From Gnetum montanum (lineage: Eukaryota > Plantae > Gnetophyta), in the NCBI GenBank assembly GCA_015680685.1, contig MNCI01002855.1, positions 140,328 through 204,327 of the forward strand: 64,000 nt of DNA. Direction: 5' to 3'. Positions 51,068 through 62,106 of this stretch are shown in pieces. The notes beneath the pieces are model-generated. The model was not told the DNA's origin. It did not search any database and saw only the letters and a list, made by a program, of their open reading frames with translations. Every line of letters begins with the position of its first letter. The first letter of the stretch is position 1. A program made the translations under genes and the position numbers.

Positions 51068-51947
51068 TGATGAGTGGTGAGGTACCCCTACACTCAACCA
51101 TACGAATACGAGCATTTTCATGCGCAATCCAGTCGAACTCTGCAGATGGACTAGTGGTGGCACCTAGACAGTTATCCTTAGGTTGCAGTTCACTGTCTTC
51201 CCACCTGGACTAGTATTATATTTGTCATGTATGGTTTAGTCCAGAGTGAGGTGTATGATGTGTTCCTAATCTAATGCTACTCCTGAGGGTAATGGAAAGT
51301 AATATTAACTAAGCTAAGCTAGGGAAGAAAAGGTAAAAGAATCTAATTTAGCCTAAGTGCGATGAGCATCCAGTCCTTGATCATCTATACACATCTTGGA
51401 CTTCGTGCATGACTACCACTAGGATTACCAAGCATAGATCCTAGGTACGCCACTGGGTTACCAAGTAATCACACTTAAATGCTCATAATCAAGTCATACT
51501 CATTCCGCGTTACTAGGAGATAAGGGTGAGAGAGAAACTAATTAGGAAAGCATTAAATAAAAATTAAATAAATAAATAAACAAAGTGAATGCTGCAATGA
51601 TGAAGTAATCTCGATCTTTATTTCCGATCATATGCGTGTCCAAGTACGTCACACTCGAATAAAGGATGTTGTACAATTACATTCACCACACTGCGGGCAG
51701 ACATGGGAAAATAATCTATCTCTGGAGGGATCAAACTGTTAGACCTTCGCTACTTCTATTCTATGGTGAACAAGGGAGAGTCACTTCTTATTTATAGACA
51801 TTGCGGTGGACTGCGATATTGCATACGCAATATCGCAGGGGACGACGCGATATCATGGCGGACGCGATATTGTGGGGAACATGATATCGTGACGGACGCG
51901 ATATCGCGTATGTGATATCACGGCCCATGCGATATCGCATCCCATCA
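51068..51947 (-). mobile_element. Athila-type solo LTR, TSD ATATC
   Basis: TGATG...CATCA ends; ATATC at 51063-51067 and 51948-51952; similar to the reverse complement of 21173-21949. Confidence 0.93.
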
Positions 51948-52082
51948 ATATCCCTATTACCCTACTATAACCTATTTTCATTTACCCTTTTTACCTTGCA
52001 TTCCCCCACCTTCCCCTGCATCATTGAGCTTGCAAACCCCTCCAATGGTGGACTTAACATAATTCATCCCATGGGGAGCCTC

Positions 52083-54404
52083 TGTGGGTTGGTCAAAGCC
52101 TAAGCAGATGTAACGCAACTCATCCCAGGGAGGAAACACCTATCCTATAGATGTGACATAGTTGCCTCGAAACAAAGTCCATTAGGTAGCACAAAATCCA
52201 CCTAATGGAAAGCATCTCACAGTTAGCATTGTGCAATGTGCAAAACCCAAAGTAGGTTTGCCTTGTAGCCAAAAAGCAAAAAAATGCAAAAAAAAATGAG
52301 AGAAAATGGGGCAAAATAGGTCCCCAAGCAAAAGTAGCAGAGCTACAATTTTGCAATCAGTCCAACCTTGAATCTATGTTGACTCTCTCATAAGCATTCT
52401 AATGAGAGGTCATGATTTTAGGGGCAAGCCATTTTGGTGCCATGGATGCTAACCCTCTCATAAGCATTCTAATGAGAGGTCACCATTTTGGCGATAAGCC
52501 ACCTTGGTGCCTTAGTCCTTATCAACCATGTTAACTTTGCATCTTGTAGCATGACATCCTATTTGTATTTTTTCCTTCCTTGCCATCCTTAGCACATTCC
52601 CTACACCCTTTCCCTCTAGCATATCATAATCCTTAGCACTCTTGATCATGGTGCAGTGACATCTGATCAAATATTGATGAGCAATGTTGGTGCCAAGCCT
52701 GTTGTGGTGTTTTGTCATTCTTTGTCAATGCCTATGGGGCCACTCCTCTAGACGTCAACAAAGGTCAATGAAACACCACCAAATTTGAGCCATCACATCT
52801 CAACTACAAGTTTGTTTAAGTGTCAACAAAAGAAAAAAATTTTCTAAGTGTTGGGCCTACATTCTCCACTACTCGGACTATGCTCCAAAGCATAGTCAAT
52901 GTAGTCTGCAACATAAGTCTAGATTTGCAAGATTTTTTTAAGTGTCAACCATAGCTGCAAACATTTTTAAGTGTCAAACTATGCTCTCATTGCTAGGATT
53001 ATGCTCTAGAGCATAGTCAACATAGTTAGCACACAAATGACAAGTTTTGCAAATTTTCCTAAGTGTCAAACCAAAAGTTGTCAAGCTTTCTTAGCATAGA
53101 AGAAACAGTTTGGAAAAATTTCTAACTACTGTGACTATGCTCCCTACTAGGCTTTAGAGCATAGTCAACACTAAAGCTCAAGTTTTTCAAAATTTTTCTA
53201 GCTCAAGTTTTGCAAAAGTTGTCTAACTATTGGGACTACGCTCCAAAGTGTAGTTAGCATAGTTTGCCAGAACTGCCTCTAGAAGCCTCTAGAATGCAAC
53301 ATCGGCCTTTACCTTAGCTTCAACACTCCTCTGGCAAGCAAGATCAGCAACTTGCATTTCTTTTGCATCCCCCATTTGTTCCAAAATTGTACCTACGCTT
53401 GACACCACTCAAGAGAGTGAACAACATAGTCCTGGAGCATAGTCTCCAAGATTGCATTTCTTTTGCATTTTGTTAAGTACATCGTAATTTGTTTGGCACT
53501 CGAACATGTAGTTTGGGTAATGTGGTTACAATTTGGTAGTCTCACGAAGTCTAGTGAAGCACACCAGTAGAACAACATTTGCTTTTGTGGAGAGCATAGT
53601 TGCGTGTAGCATAGTCTCAACCACCCCTCTACCATGTGGTGCTTGATCCATGATTCACGACAACCCTAACCCTATAAATACCCTAGTACTCTACGTTTTA
53701 AGGGTTGGAAATTTTTTTGCATTTGGTTGGCAAATCTAAGCATCTATTGGCATTTTGGCATTTCATTATGCAAGAGCAAGTTCAAGGTAGAGCACCGACA
53801 AGCACCTTTACATACCACCTAGGACACTGTAGACCACTGCAGCCCATGAGACATTGTGGTAGCCAACCTAGCAAGCACAGAAACCATGGCAGACATTAAA
53901 TTTTGCAGCTTTGACAATATGAGATTGTGAGTACGCTACCTAGTATGCCTATTTACATACTACATACCTCCTCACCCTTCTTGTAGTTAACTACGCTCTC
54001 CCCATTTGGGGTGGTGCCACTCTCTCTCGTGTTCTCTTCGTGCATAATTTTTTAGCATTTTATTTACATTATGAAATTTTATTCACATTTTTTGCTATTT
54101 TTACACATAATCACCTATTGACATCTTTGTTTTTGGGGGAAATCCTTAACTACACTCACTCCTATTGACATCATTGACGTTGCAAACATTGTGCAAATAC
54201 TCAACAATGTTTCAGCATTGCATCCCGTAAGTCCTAGTTCAATCAATAAGATCATTCTAAGCATGCTATCTCTATCTCCAGTAGGCCCTCACGTGGACAC
54301 GGGGTCAAAGCTATGCACATCGTGAACCTCTCGGTGCACTGTTGCAGCCTCCAATGTTTTCGATCGCTACATCATTGATGCATCATAGTGGGGGTCAATC
54401 CATA
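52083..54404 (+). mobile_element. Putative 3' LTR of the Ogre/Tat-type element (~2.3 kb)
   Basis: TGTGGGTTG...CAATCCATA imperfect terminal inverted repeat, preceding purine tract, CTATAAATA at 53672 and repeated GACTATGCTC/GAGCATAGTC motifs. Confidence 0.6.
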
Positions 54405-55491
54405 CTACCTCTAGGATGCCTCATCACCAACTAATCCACATCCTCATGCTAACACCACCCACCAATGATTATCACAAGTGTCATCGTGAAGACATGTACA
54501 AAGCCCAAGCAACTTAAACCAACACATGTCACAAGCACAACACATCCAAAAACAACATAATGTGACCACATATATTCACACCTAATAGTTACATTCTTTC
54601 CATGAAGACAATACCATGATTCAATAAAACAAAATTTCACCCCACAACCATATTTCTTGAACTACATGTAATACCATAAAATGACCTCTATACTAACCTC
54701 TAAAATGATATATGCCTGAAAATAAAACCAATTCCATGATTAAAAATTACTTCCCAAGATGATCCCAACGACACTAATTTCACCTAAATCAGACTCCTGG
54801 AAGCAAAGTTATGCACATTTAAAGTTTGATTAATAAAATAATATTTAATTACCACCAGTACATATTGAAACTCCCAAAAATTCTAGCACCACAACAGGCT
54901 CCTAAAATATAATATTCTAACCATACCAATCTTGTCAACTTCACATCATATTCCACAAGTCCACATCATACCACACATCGCATATATATTAATAAATAAT
55001 TCATAACCAAAATCGTATAATTTTGGAAAATATGAAAAATAGCATGTCCAAGCTCAATCTTTACATGCCCACATTGCATGATCATCTACACTAATCTAGC
55101 ATAAAAATTCAAGGAAAAGGTAAAGACAACCCACCAATTAAAATTGTTATGGTAGAAAGTTTGAACAAGCAAAAAATCCTTAAAAATTTCATAGCACATT
55201 GTTTCACTCCAAATAAGCTCCACACCTATGTAGACATGACCACAATAATTCCAAATCCAGGTTCAAAGTAAGAAAAAACCATTCACAAAACTTAAAATTC
55301 CAAAAAAAGGATGAAAATAGAAGAAAAGTAAAGAGAATGGAAGAGAATAAATGTAACCTTCATTTGTGTTTTAAGAAAATAGAAAAGAAACAAGAAAAAC
55401 CTAATTTTTTATGAGTAGGCCATTGTGGCAAGGTTGTGGAAAATAAAACAACCATATAAACTATGCTTTTTGTTTTAAAACATATACAAGT

Positions 55492-56710
55492 TGAAGATCA
55501 TTGAACTTAGAAGGGGAGGGATGAATAAGTTCCCCAAATCGAACCTTTATGAAACAAAGTTCACACACAAATTTACGTGGTTCCCCCAACTTGGGTACTC
55601 CATACTCAGAGGGTATATTGCAAACATACCTCTAGACTTTGTTGCTCTCAAAATGTGATTAAAGGATCCACACCCTGTACAGTCTTCAATCCCTGCTTCG
55701 AAGTGTTATATTGTAGTACCAATCACTTAACTCTACAAGGTTCCATCAGGCTTGGAAATGTGGTTTTAAGGCTTCCAAAACCTCTACAATCTTGCACTCA
55801 GTACCTGAGTGTTGTACCATGGCACCAACAACTCAATCCTGTAGGATCTTGACAAGCTCAAGCACATCAACCCCGTAGGACAACAAGAACAAGAATTACA
55901 ATGGAGAATTGCAACTTAGCTTGTTGATCCTTGTATAGTTAGGTACATCACACTTTACAATGCCAAAATGATAAAATAATGAAAAGCAATAGAGAATTTA
56001 ATTATTACAAATAGTTATACAATGAATACAACAAGGCTTGCAAATTTTCCAATGCACATCAAGTCTTTTGAAAGTTGTCATGTTTCTAAATCCATCTTGA
56101 AACTCGTGCAATGGCTAGCTAACATCAATAAAAATAATGAAAGACATCTTTTTCATGCCTAAGACATCTCTAAATTTTCCTTCAATACTGGGAAGACGTC
56201 TTTATTTCCTAAAAGACCTCTTTTTGAGGTCTCCATTCTAGAAAACATCTTTTTGAACTTGGTCTACATTATGTAAAGAAGTCTTTGCCTCATGAAAGAT
56301 GTCTTTGTCTGAGAAAGACATCTTGTTGTTTCTAAAGACATCTTTTTCTAAGTTCACTTCAATTCTGCCAAGACGTCTGCTACTTCTCAGAGATGTCTTT
56401 CTTCATCTTCCTTTGTCTTTTGAATGCATTGTTTCTTATCCATAATCTTGATCTTTTGTATACTTTGATGATGATAACTTTGTTTGTACATCATCTAGTC
56501 CTTGTCCACGTTCTTTGAATATTTGCTTGAAGATCATATGGATGACCTCCTCCTTTGAGCTCTAAGATAGTTTGTTCGTTGTCCTCTTTAACTCATCTTG
56601 ATTTCCTATGTACGTAGTCCTACAAACATAAAAACCACACAACCATGCAAACAACCTTTTCCATTTTACTTAACATTTTGAACATACCAAAACACACCAA
56701 AAGGTCCACA
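55492..56710 (-). mobile_element. Solo LTR (SIRE-like), related to 40816-41932
   Basis: The reverse complement begins TGTGGACCTTTTGGT and ends TTCAATGATCTTCA; flanks CAAGT/CAAGC; many AAGAC(A/G)TCTT motifs. Confidence 0.85.
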
Positions 56711-57515
56711 CAAGCCACTTCCTTTTTTTTCCTACATGTCATGCGGAAAATCTGATTTTTAAATTTTACCTTTTAAAATTTTATTTTTTTCATAAGTTGA
56801 TTTCTTTTATTTCTTAGAACTAATACCTGGAACTTCCAACGTGCATAACAACCACATTGAAACTCCAAATTAAAATCTATTTGAACCTATGAGATCCTTA
56901 TCAAATGCTCTACACCTTCACATGCCAAAATCACACCCAAGCATCATACAACATAGTGCTACAGTTCAAATGCATAAATACTAAAATTTCATATAAAGCA
57001 TAATTGCATACTACATAGGTGCTCTTGTACCCCAATCCAACAACCCAACCAGCCACATCACTTGTCTAACACATCCCAAAGGGCTAGTGTACATAATCAC
57101 ATTAGTTAAGCATGTAAATACATCATAATCATAACATATAAAGTGCAATTCCAATAAGCTAAGTCATCCCGAATAACCCACCGAGACACACACATGTGAT
57201 GAATAAATCACAATTCTACCATCATACCTAATGTATTTAAATGGTATGTCATAAAAAATGACTAGTTGAGGTTATGAATAGATCCAATCCTTTATCACAT
57301 CACATTCATAATATCAATGTTAGTGTTGTGCATGCTTCCTTGCCTGGACCTATCTCCCTTAACATAGACCAATCTAACCTTAGCTTCCTAGTTAGCTCTA
57401 TTCCCCTACCCTATAAGCTCTTTCCTCCCATCAATACTAGTAACTCTTGTTCATTCTTTTAGTCTCCAACTTGTTTCTTAGGTCATCATATTCTATTCCT
57501 CAACTCCAACCTACT

Positions 57516-57818
57516 ATTCCATCATTCTCTTCCATTTTAATTCCTACTACTATCACTATTTCCTTGTTTACTACTTTTTAGCAGAATTACATGCAACCTA
57601 ATCCTTGGTATCCTCCTAATCCCATTTCACTTGTGAAACACCTCAAGGAAAATTTGGAAATTTTGCATTCCATCATTCTCTTCCATTTTAATTCCTACTA
57701 CTATCACTACTTCCTTGTTTAGTAATTTTTAGCTTAATTACATGCAACCTACTCCTTTGTATCCTCCTAATACCATTTCACATTGCGAAACGCCTCAAGG
57801 AAAATTTGCAAATTTTGC
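57516..57818. repeat. 151-bp tandem duplication
   Basis: ATTCCATCATTCTCTTCC...GGAAAATTTG.AAATTTTGC starting at 57516 and 57667. Confidence 0.9.
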
Positions 57819-57971
57819 ATGGTAAGCCTTAATAGCCAAATTTTCAATGTAATTGATGGGAATTAGAAGAAAAAAATAATTGCCTATTTTTCCATCAAAA
57901 ATCTCATTTGATAGCCTTGTTTTAGCTAGAGTTTTAGCAATATTTAATGTGTAAAATGAAATTTGCAACAT

Positions 57972-58250
57972 ACAAGCTGTAAATATCATTTAAGCTAGCT
58001 TATCATCTGTAAATGTCATTTAAGAAAGCTTATAAGTTGTCAACATCATTTAATCTAGCTTATAAGCTGTGAATGTCATTTAAGCTAGCTTATAAGCTAT
58101 GAATGTCATTTAAGCTAGCTTATAAGTTGTAAATGTTATTTAAGCTAGCTTATAAGCTGTAATTTTCACTTAAGCTAGCTTATAAGCTGTAATTGTCACT
58201 TAAGCTAACTTATAAGTTGTAAATGTTATTTAAGCTAGCTTATGAGCTTG
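57972..58250. repeat. 30-bp minisatellite, ~9 copies
   Basis: Unit ATTTAAGCTAGCTTATAAGCTGTAAATGTC. Confidence 0.95.
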
Positions 58251-59084
58251 AATTTTGGGTGGTGAAAATGTTAAATATGCTAGCACTTTCAGCCTAAAAG
58301 CAAAATACACTGGCTTATAAGCTATCTATTTGCATTACACACAACTTAAATGCTCATATGAGCATATGAAATTGTAATTGATGCAGATCGCAACCTATTT
58401 AAGCCATATTTGCAGTCAATTTTAGGGCTTTTTGATAGATCAATTTTTTAGATAGATAAAGTAGAGTAGAGTTGTAGATTATGTAGCCTTAACACCACTT
58501 TTAGTGTAGATTTTTTTGCAATTTAATAGTAGCAGCATTTGTCCCATGGATGGATTGGGAGACCAGTTTAGATTAAGCATGACACAAAGCCTACCATATG
58601 CACTATATTCCGAAAATACTTTGAATTGTCTGACCTCTGTAGTAACACTTTTTTTTTCTCACAATCAATACAAAGTTTTGCAGCTCTTGTTTTGCCAACA
58701 TTAATGCTTATGTACTATATTTTTACGATCTACTTTTGAAATCATGCATGTTACATGTTTTCATTTGCCTTATTTTTGTTAAATACACTCATTACATATT
58801 TTTAAGTCTCCAAGCGACTCATTACAGATTTTTAACTCTCCAAGTGATCTATCGGACCATTTGGGGCAGTTCAAATCATTTTTTGAGACTTGTAGGATTC
58901 AAGATTAAATTGTTTCACATTGAAATTTTTGGTTTTCCAGCATTGAATTTTCCAAGCCTTACAACTTGGCTTACCCATCTTAGCAACACATAGACTTGCC
59001 ACATATATGTGTCCTACTTTAACTCTTCCACCTGCAACTGTCACCTAGCCTAAGATATATCTTCCCGAAATTGACCCATAATAC

Positions 59085-60400
59085 TTGGCATTTCTTAGTG
59101 ATGTTATGACTTATCTTCAAAGTAATGAAGACAAAACAACGAAGGTTTTGGCTATGCAAGGTGACTCCCCTATCTCTCTAGATCAAGTTCTTAATAATCC
59201 TATTATTTCATCTATTTTGATACCTATTCTACCTAAGGAAGTTTCATTACAAACATTCAATAAGTAAAATGGAGAAACAAGTGACCCCATGAATCATGTG
59301 GTTATCTTCAGGAATGAATGTATATTACTTGCTTGATACCCTCACATTGTGCTCAAGTGCATCTCCAATTCACTATCTAAAAGGGCACTTGAATGATATG
59401 GATCTTTGTCGAATGACTCCATCACTTTCTTATAATAACTATCAATTATCTTTATTAAGCACTTTAAGTTCAATGTACCTTAAAGTAACCATGTTATGAC
59501 CTTTGTGATAATTAAGCAAGCTCTAAATGATCCTATTAAAGAATTCATATCTCAATGGATAGTAGCTTCTACCAAACTACCTTATCACTTAGAGGAATGT
59601 CACCTTCAAGATATCTTTGAAGTTACAGTTATTGATTACATCCACAAGAGGATGACCTATCCTAAGCCATTCTCTAAATGATGCTTTCTTAACTACTAGG
59701 CACATTGAAAATGCTAAAATTCAGCGTGTTGACAAAGAATTCCTAGAAATCTAGAATAAAGTCAACAAAGTTACTAAATAGGAGAAAGGACAATCAACTT
59801 TATAAAGTGTCTCTTTTGTTTCAAAATGAGAAAGTAGAACAACAAGGTGTTAGCCTAGTGGTATGGGTCTTGGCTTGGTAACCCCAAGTCACATGTTTGA
59901 TTCTACTAGGTGGCATTGAGTTATAAACTTCTAGAAATCTTAGTGTGTAGTTATGTTTTAGTTATTTTGGGTTGTAACACCCCCTCCCTCCAAAATGAAA
60001 AAGTAGTGCTTCTTTGCCTTATGCGTCTTCTTTAATTCAACAACATAGGCACCAAAAGAACAAAGACCAATATATTAAAATACCCATGAGGTATTCTATA
60101 CTCCTCAATAATATTCTTAGAGATGGCCACTTGAGGAGGAAGTAAGTGTTTGATCAAATGAGGATGTAATATCATCATATCCAATTAATAGTAATGGATC
60201 CTTCTCAAAGGTAAGAGATGATCTTAACGTTCCAAAATGGTATGATTATAAAAAATATGGTTACTACCATGAGACTATTGGGCATAATATAGATAACTAT
60301 AGGAATCTAAAGAATGATATTCATAACCTTATAGACAAAGGAAAAATAGTAATTGAAAGTGAACCATCGATAATGCATCCAAATAACTAGTACTTAGATG
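59085..60400 (+). pseudogene. gag: Ogre/Tat-type gag remnant
   Basis: TFNK*NGETSDPMNHV, IKQALNDPIKEFISQW and VPKWYDYKKYGYYHETIGHNIDNYRNLKNDIHNLIDKGKI (Ogre-type knuckle region). Confidence 0.8.
59838..59990 (+). mobile_element. tRNA-derived SINE
   Basis: A box TAGCCTAGTGG (59851-59861) and degenerate B box TGTTTGATTCT (59894-59904). Flanked by the 16-bp direct repeat CAAAATGA(G/A)AAAGTAG (59822-59837, 59991-60006). Interrupts the gag remnant. Confidence 0.75.
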
Positions 60401-62106
60401 TTTTTCAAGCTTTTTTAGGAACTATAAATTTTATCTCTACTTTTCATTTAGAAAGAAATGCTCATCATTGTCAGCCAAAAGAGTCATATGTCATTTAATA
60501 ATTCGACTACAAAGACTACAAACAATGAGTCATATGTGATTCATTGGTCTGATTACACAAACCCCACACCATATATAATTTATTGTTTTGATTGCAAAAT
60601 TTTGAATCTTCTTTATTTGATTTTCTCCAAGCAATCCTTTGTTATTCTGATTTCATCTTGCCTTGATTGCCTAATAGATTCCACTTCAGGCTCTTCTCTA
60701 TAGGGCCTAGTTTCATGGGTAGCCTTCACTTTGTGTTTTGGTTGTCCACATCCCTAATTCACATTTACCTCTGGGTTGCTTCTCTCTTTTTTTGGGATGG
60801 GTCACTTACCTCTAGGACTCTCTTAGGTACCATCTACAATCACATAAATGATTAATTATTATATTATAATCATTATTCCTAAGTGTTTTAACCCTTGATC
60901 ATCCTTGGAATTGACTTGATTTTGAAAAATTTTAACACTAACGCTCCTAAGTGATTGTAGTGCAACATTCTAGAGGTCCTAAGGGAATTATCCGATCTTA
61001 ATTTTCATTTATTTTAATCATTTATTAGCATTAACTACCTTAGACATTTGAGATCTCCATTTTTTAAAGGTCTCAAATCATAGATGTACTGCTTCCATGA
61101 CATAGAGCTAAACTTTGAAAGCTTACAAGTTTTCAAATGGGTGAATTTGGGGTCCAGTTCGGAAGATATCATAAGTTAAAGGTTTAGGCTTTCTAAAATA
61201 GCAAAAAATCCATTGTTGAAATGAAAAAAATATATAAAAAATTCAGCTAAGTATTGATGTGTATATATAGTTTTTGTGGCTTGCATCAACATTGATGTGT
61301 GAACAAAGCTTTGTCAAAGAATCTCCCTACATCCATGTGGCAATGTCAATGAGGCTATTGTTGCATATTTTTTGTGAAACTAGCTTGAGTTTTTTGTAAT
61401 TTTCAAGTAATTTTAATTTTAATTGAATGCTAGAAGAAGGATCTTTGGCCATGAAGAACATGTGAATGGTTAAGATGTGATTGGATATGAATTTGATAGA
61501 TGTTTGAAACTTGGAATATGAAGAATTAGGGTTTGTTTAATGTTATGGCTCAAAGATGAAGAGAAGATGAATAAATGATGATGCATGATAATGAAATGAA
61601 TAGTGCTTTAATGTTTTTGGGCTTATGGAGGCTGTTCATAGGCTAGATCTCTAATAGTTATATAAGTAAGTCCTCCCCAAAGTTGGCTCTTACCTGAAAT
61701 GCCCTTGTATAACCATCTTGCAAAATGTTTGTAGGAAATCAGAAAATTGAAAGTCAATCATCTCTATCTTCCAACACCCACACAGCCATTGTTGTTGGGT
61801 CCTTGCACTATACTAAACCAAAACATTTAGGCCCATAATTGCATGTAGTAATGAGGTGAAAATGGAATGAGAAGGGATTGCAAATATTGAGACATAAGGT
61901 ACCTTACTTTTTTTGCAATAGGTTCTTATGTCAATTATGTTTAGAGTGACCATCATACCTATTTATCCAAGTTCCAAACCAAGTTCCTACCTTTGCAAGT
62001 GACACCACATTGTATTATCTTTGATCTACCACCATGAGACCAACCACAATTACATGAAAACATCATCACTTTTCAAAAAAATCTATGAAGCATATATTAG
62101 ATTTTT

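Larger units (their letters stand above)
42503..54404 (+). mobile_element. 5'-truncated non-autonomous Ogre/Tat-type element (gag-PR, antisense gene, 3' LTR)
   Basis: gag SLTSKALDW..LPRASISS, knuckle FCHYHQLPRHD...MIDWGKL, LSLYNLIMTSSAHREAL and protease MHVDDG.ATNI. No RT, RH or IN follows. A PPT-like ATGGGGAGCCTC precedes TGTGGGTTG at 52083. Confidence 0.75.
36179..57253 (-). mobile_element. Tekay/Del-type Ty3/gypsy element with nested insertions
   Basis: LTR ends TGTAACACC at 36179 and 42292 share ~210 bp. Met PBS (rc TGGTATTAGAGC) at 42277-42288. Outer end ...GGTATGTCATA at 57253. AAAAA flanks at 36174-36178 and 57254-57258; the right boundary is less certain. Confidence 0.75.

Noticed and set aside
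51066-51085. CTGATGAG as a hammerhead ribozyme core
   Set aside because: It is the TSD/LTR terminus junction, with no matching stems or GAAA partner.
57972-58250. 30-bp palindromic repeats as a CRISPR array
   Set aside because: The units are head-to-tail with no unique spacers, there are no cas genes, and the context is eukaryotic.
59845-59920. Functional tRNA gene
   Set aside because: The B box and stems are degenerate and the segment is flanked by a TSD; better explained as a SINE.
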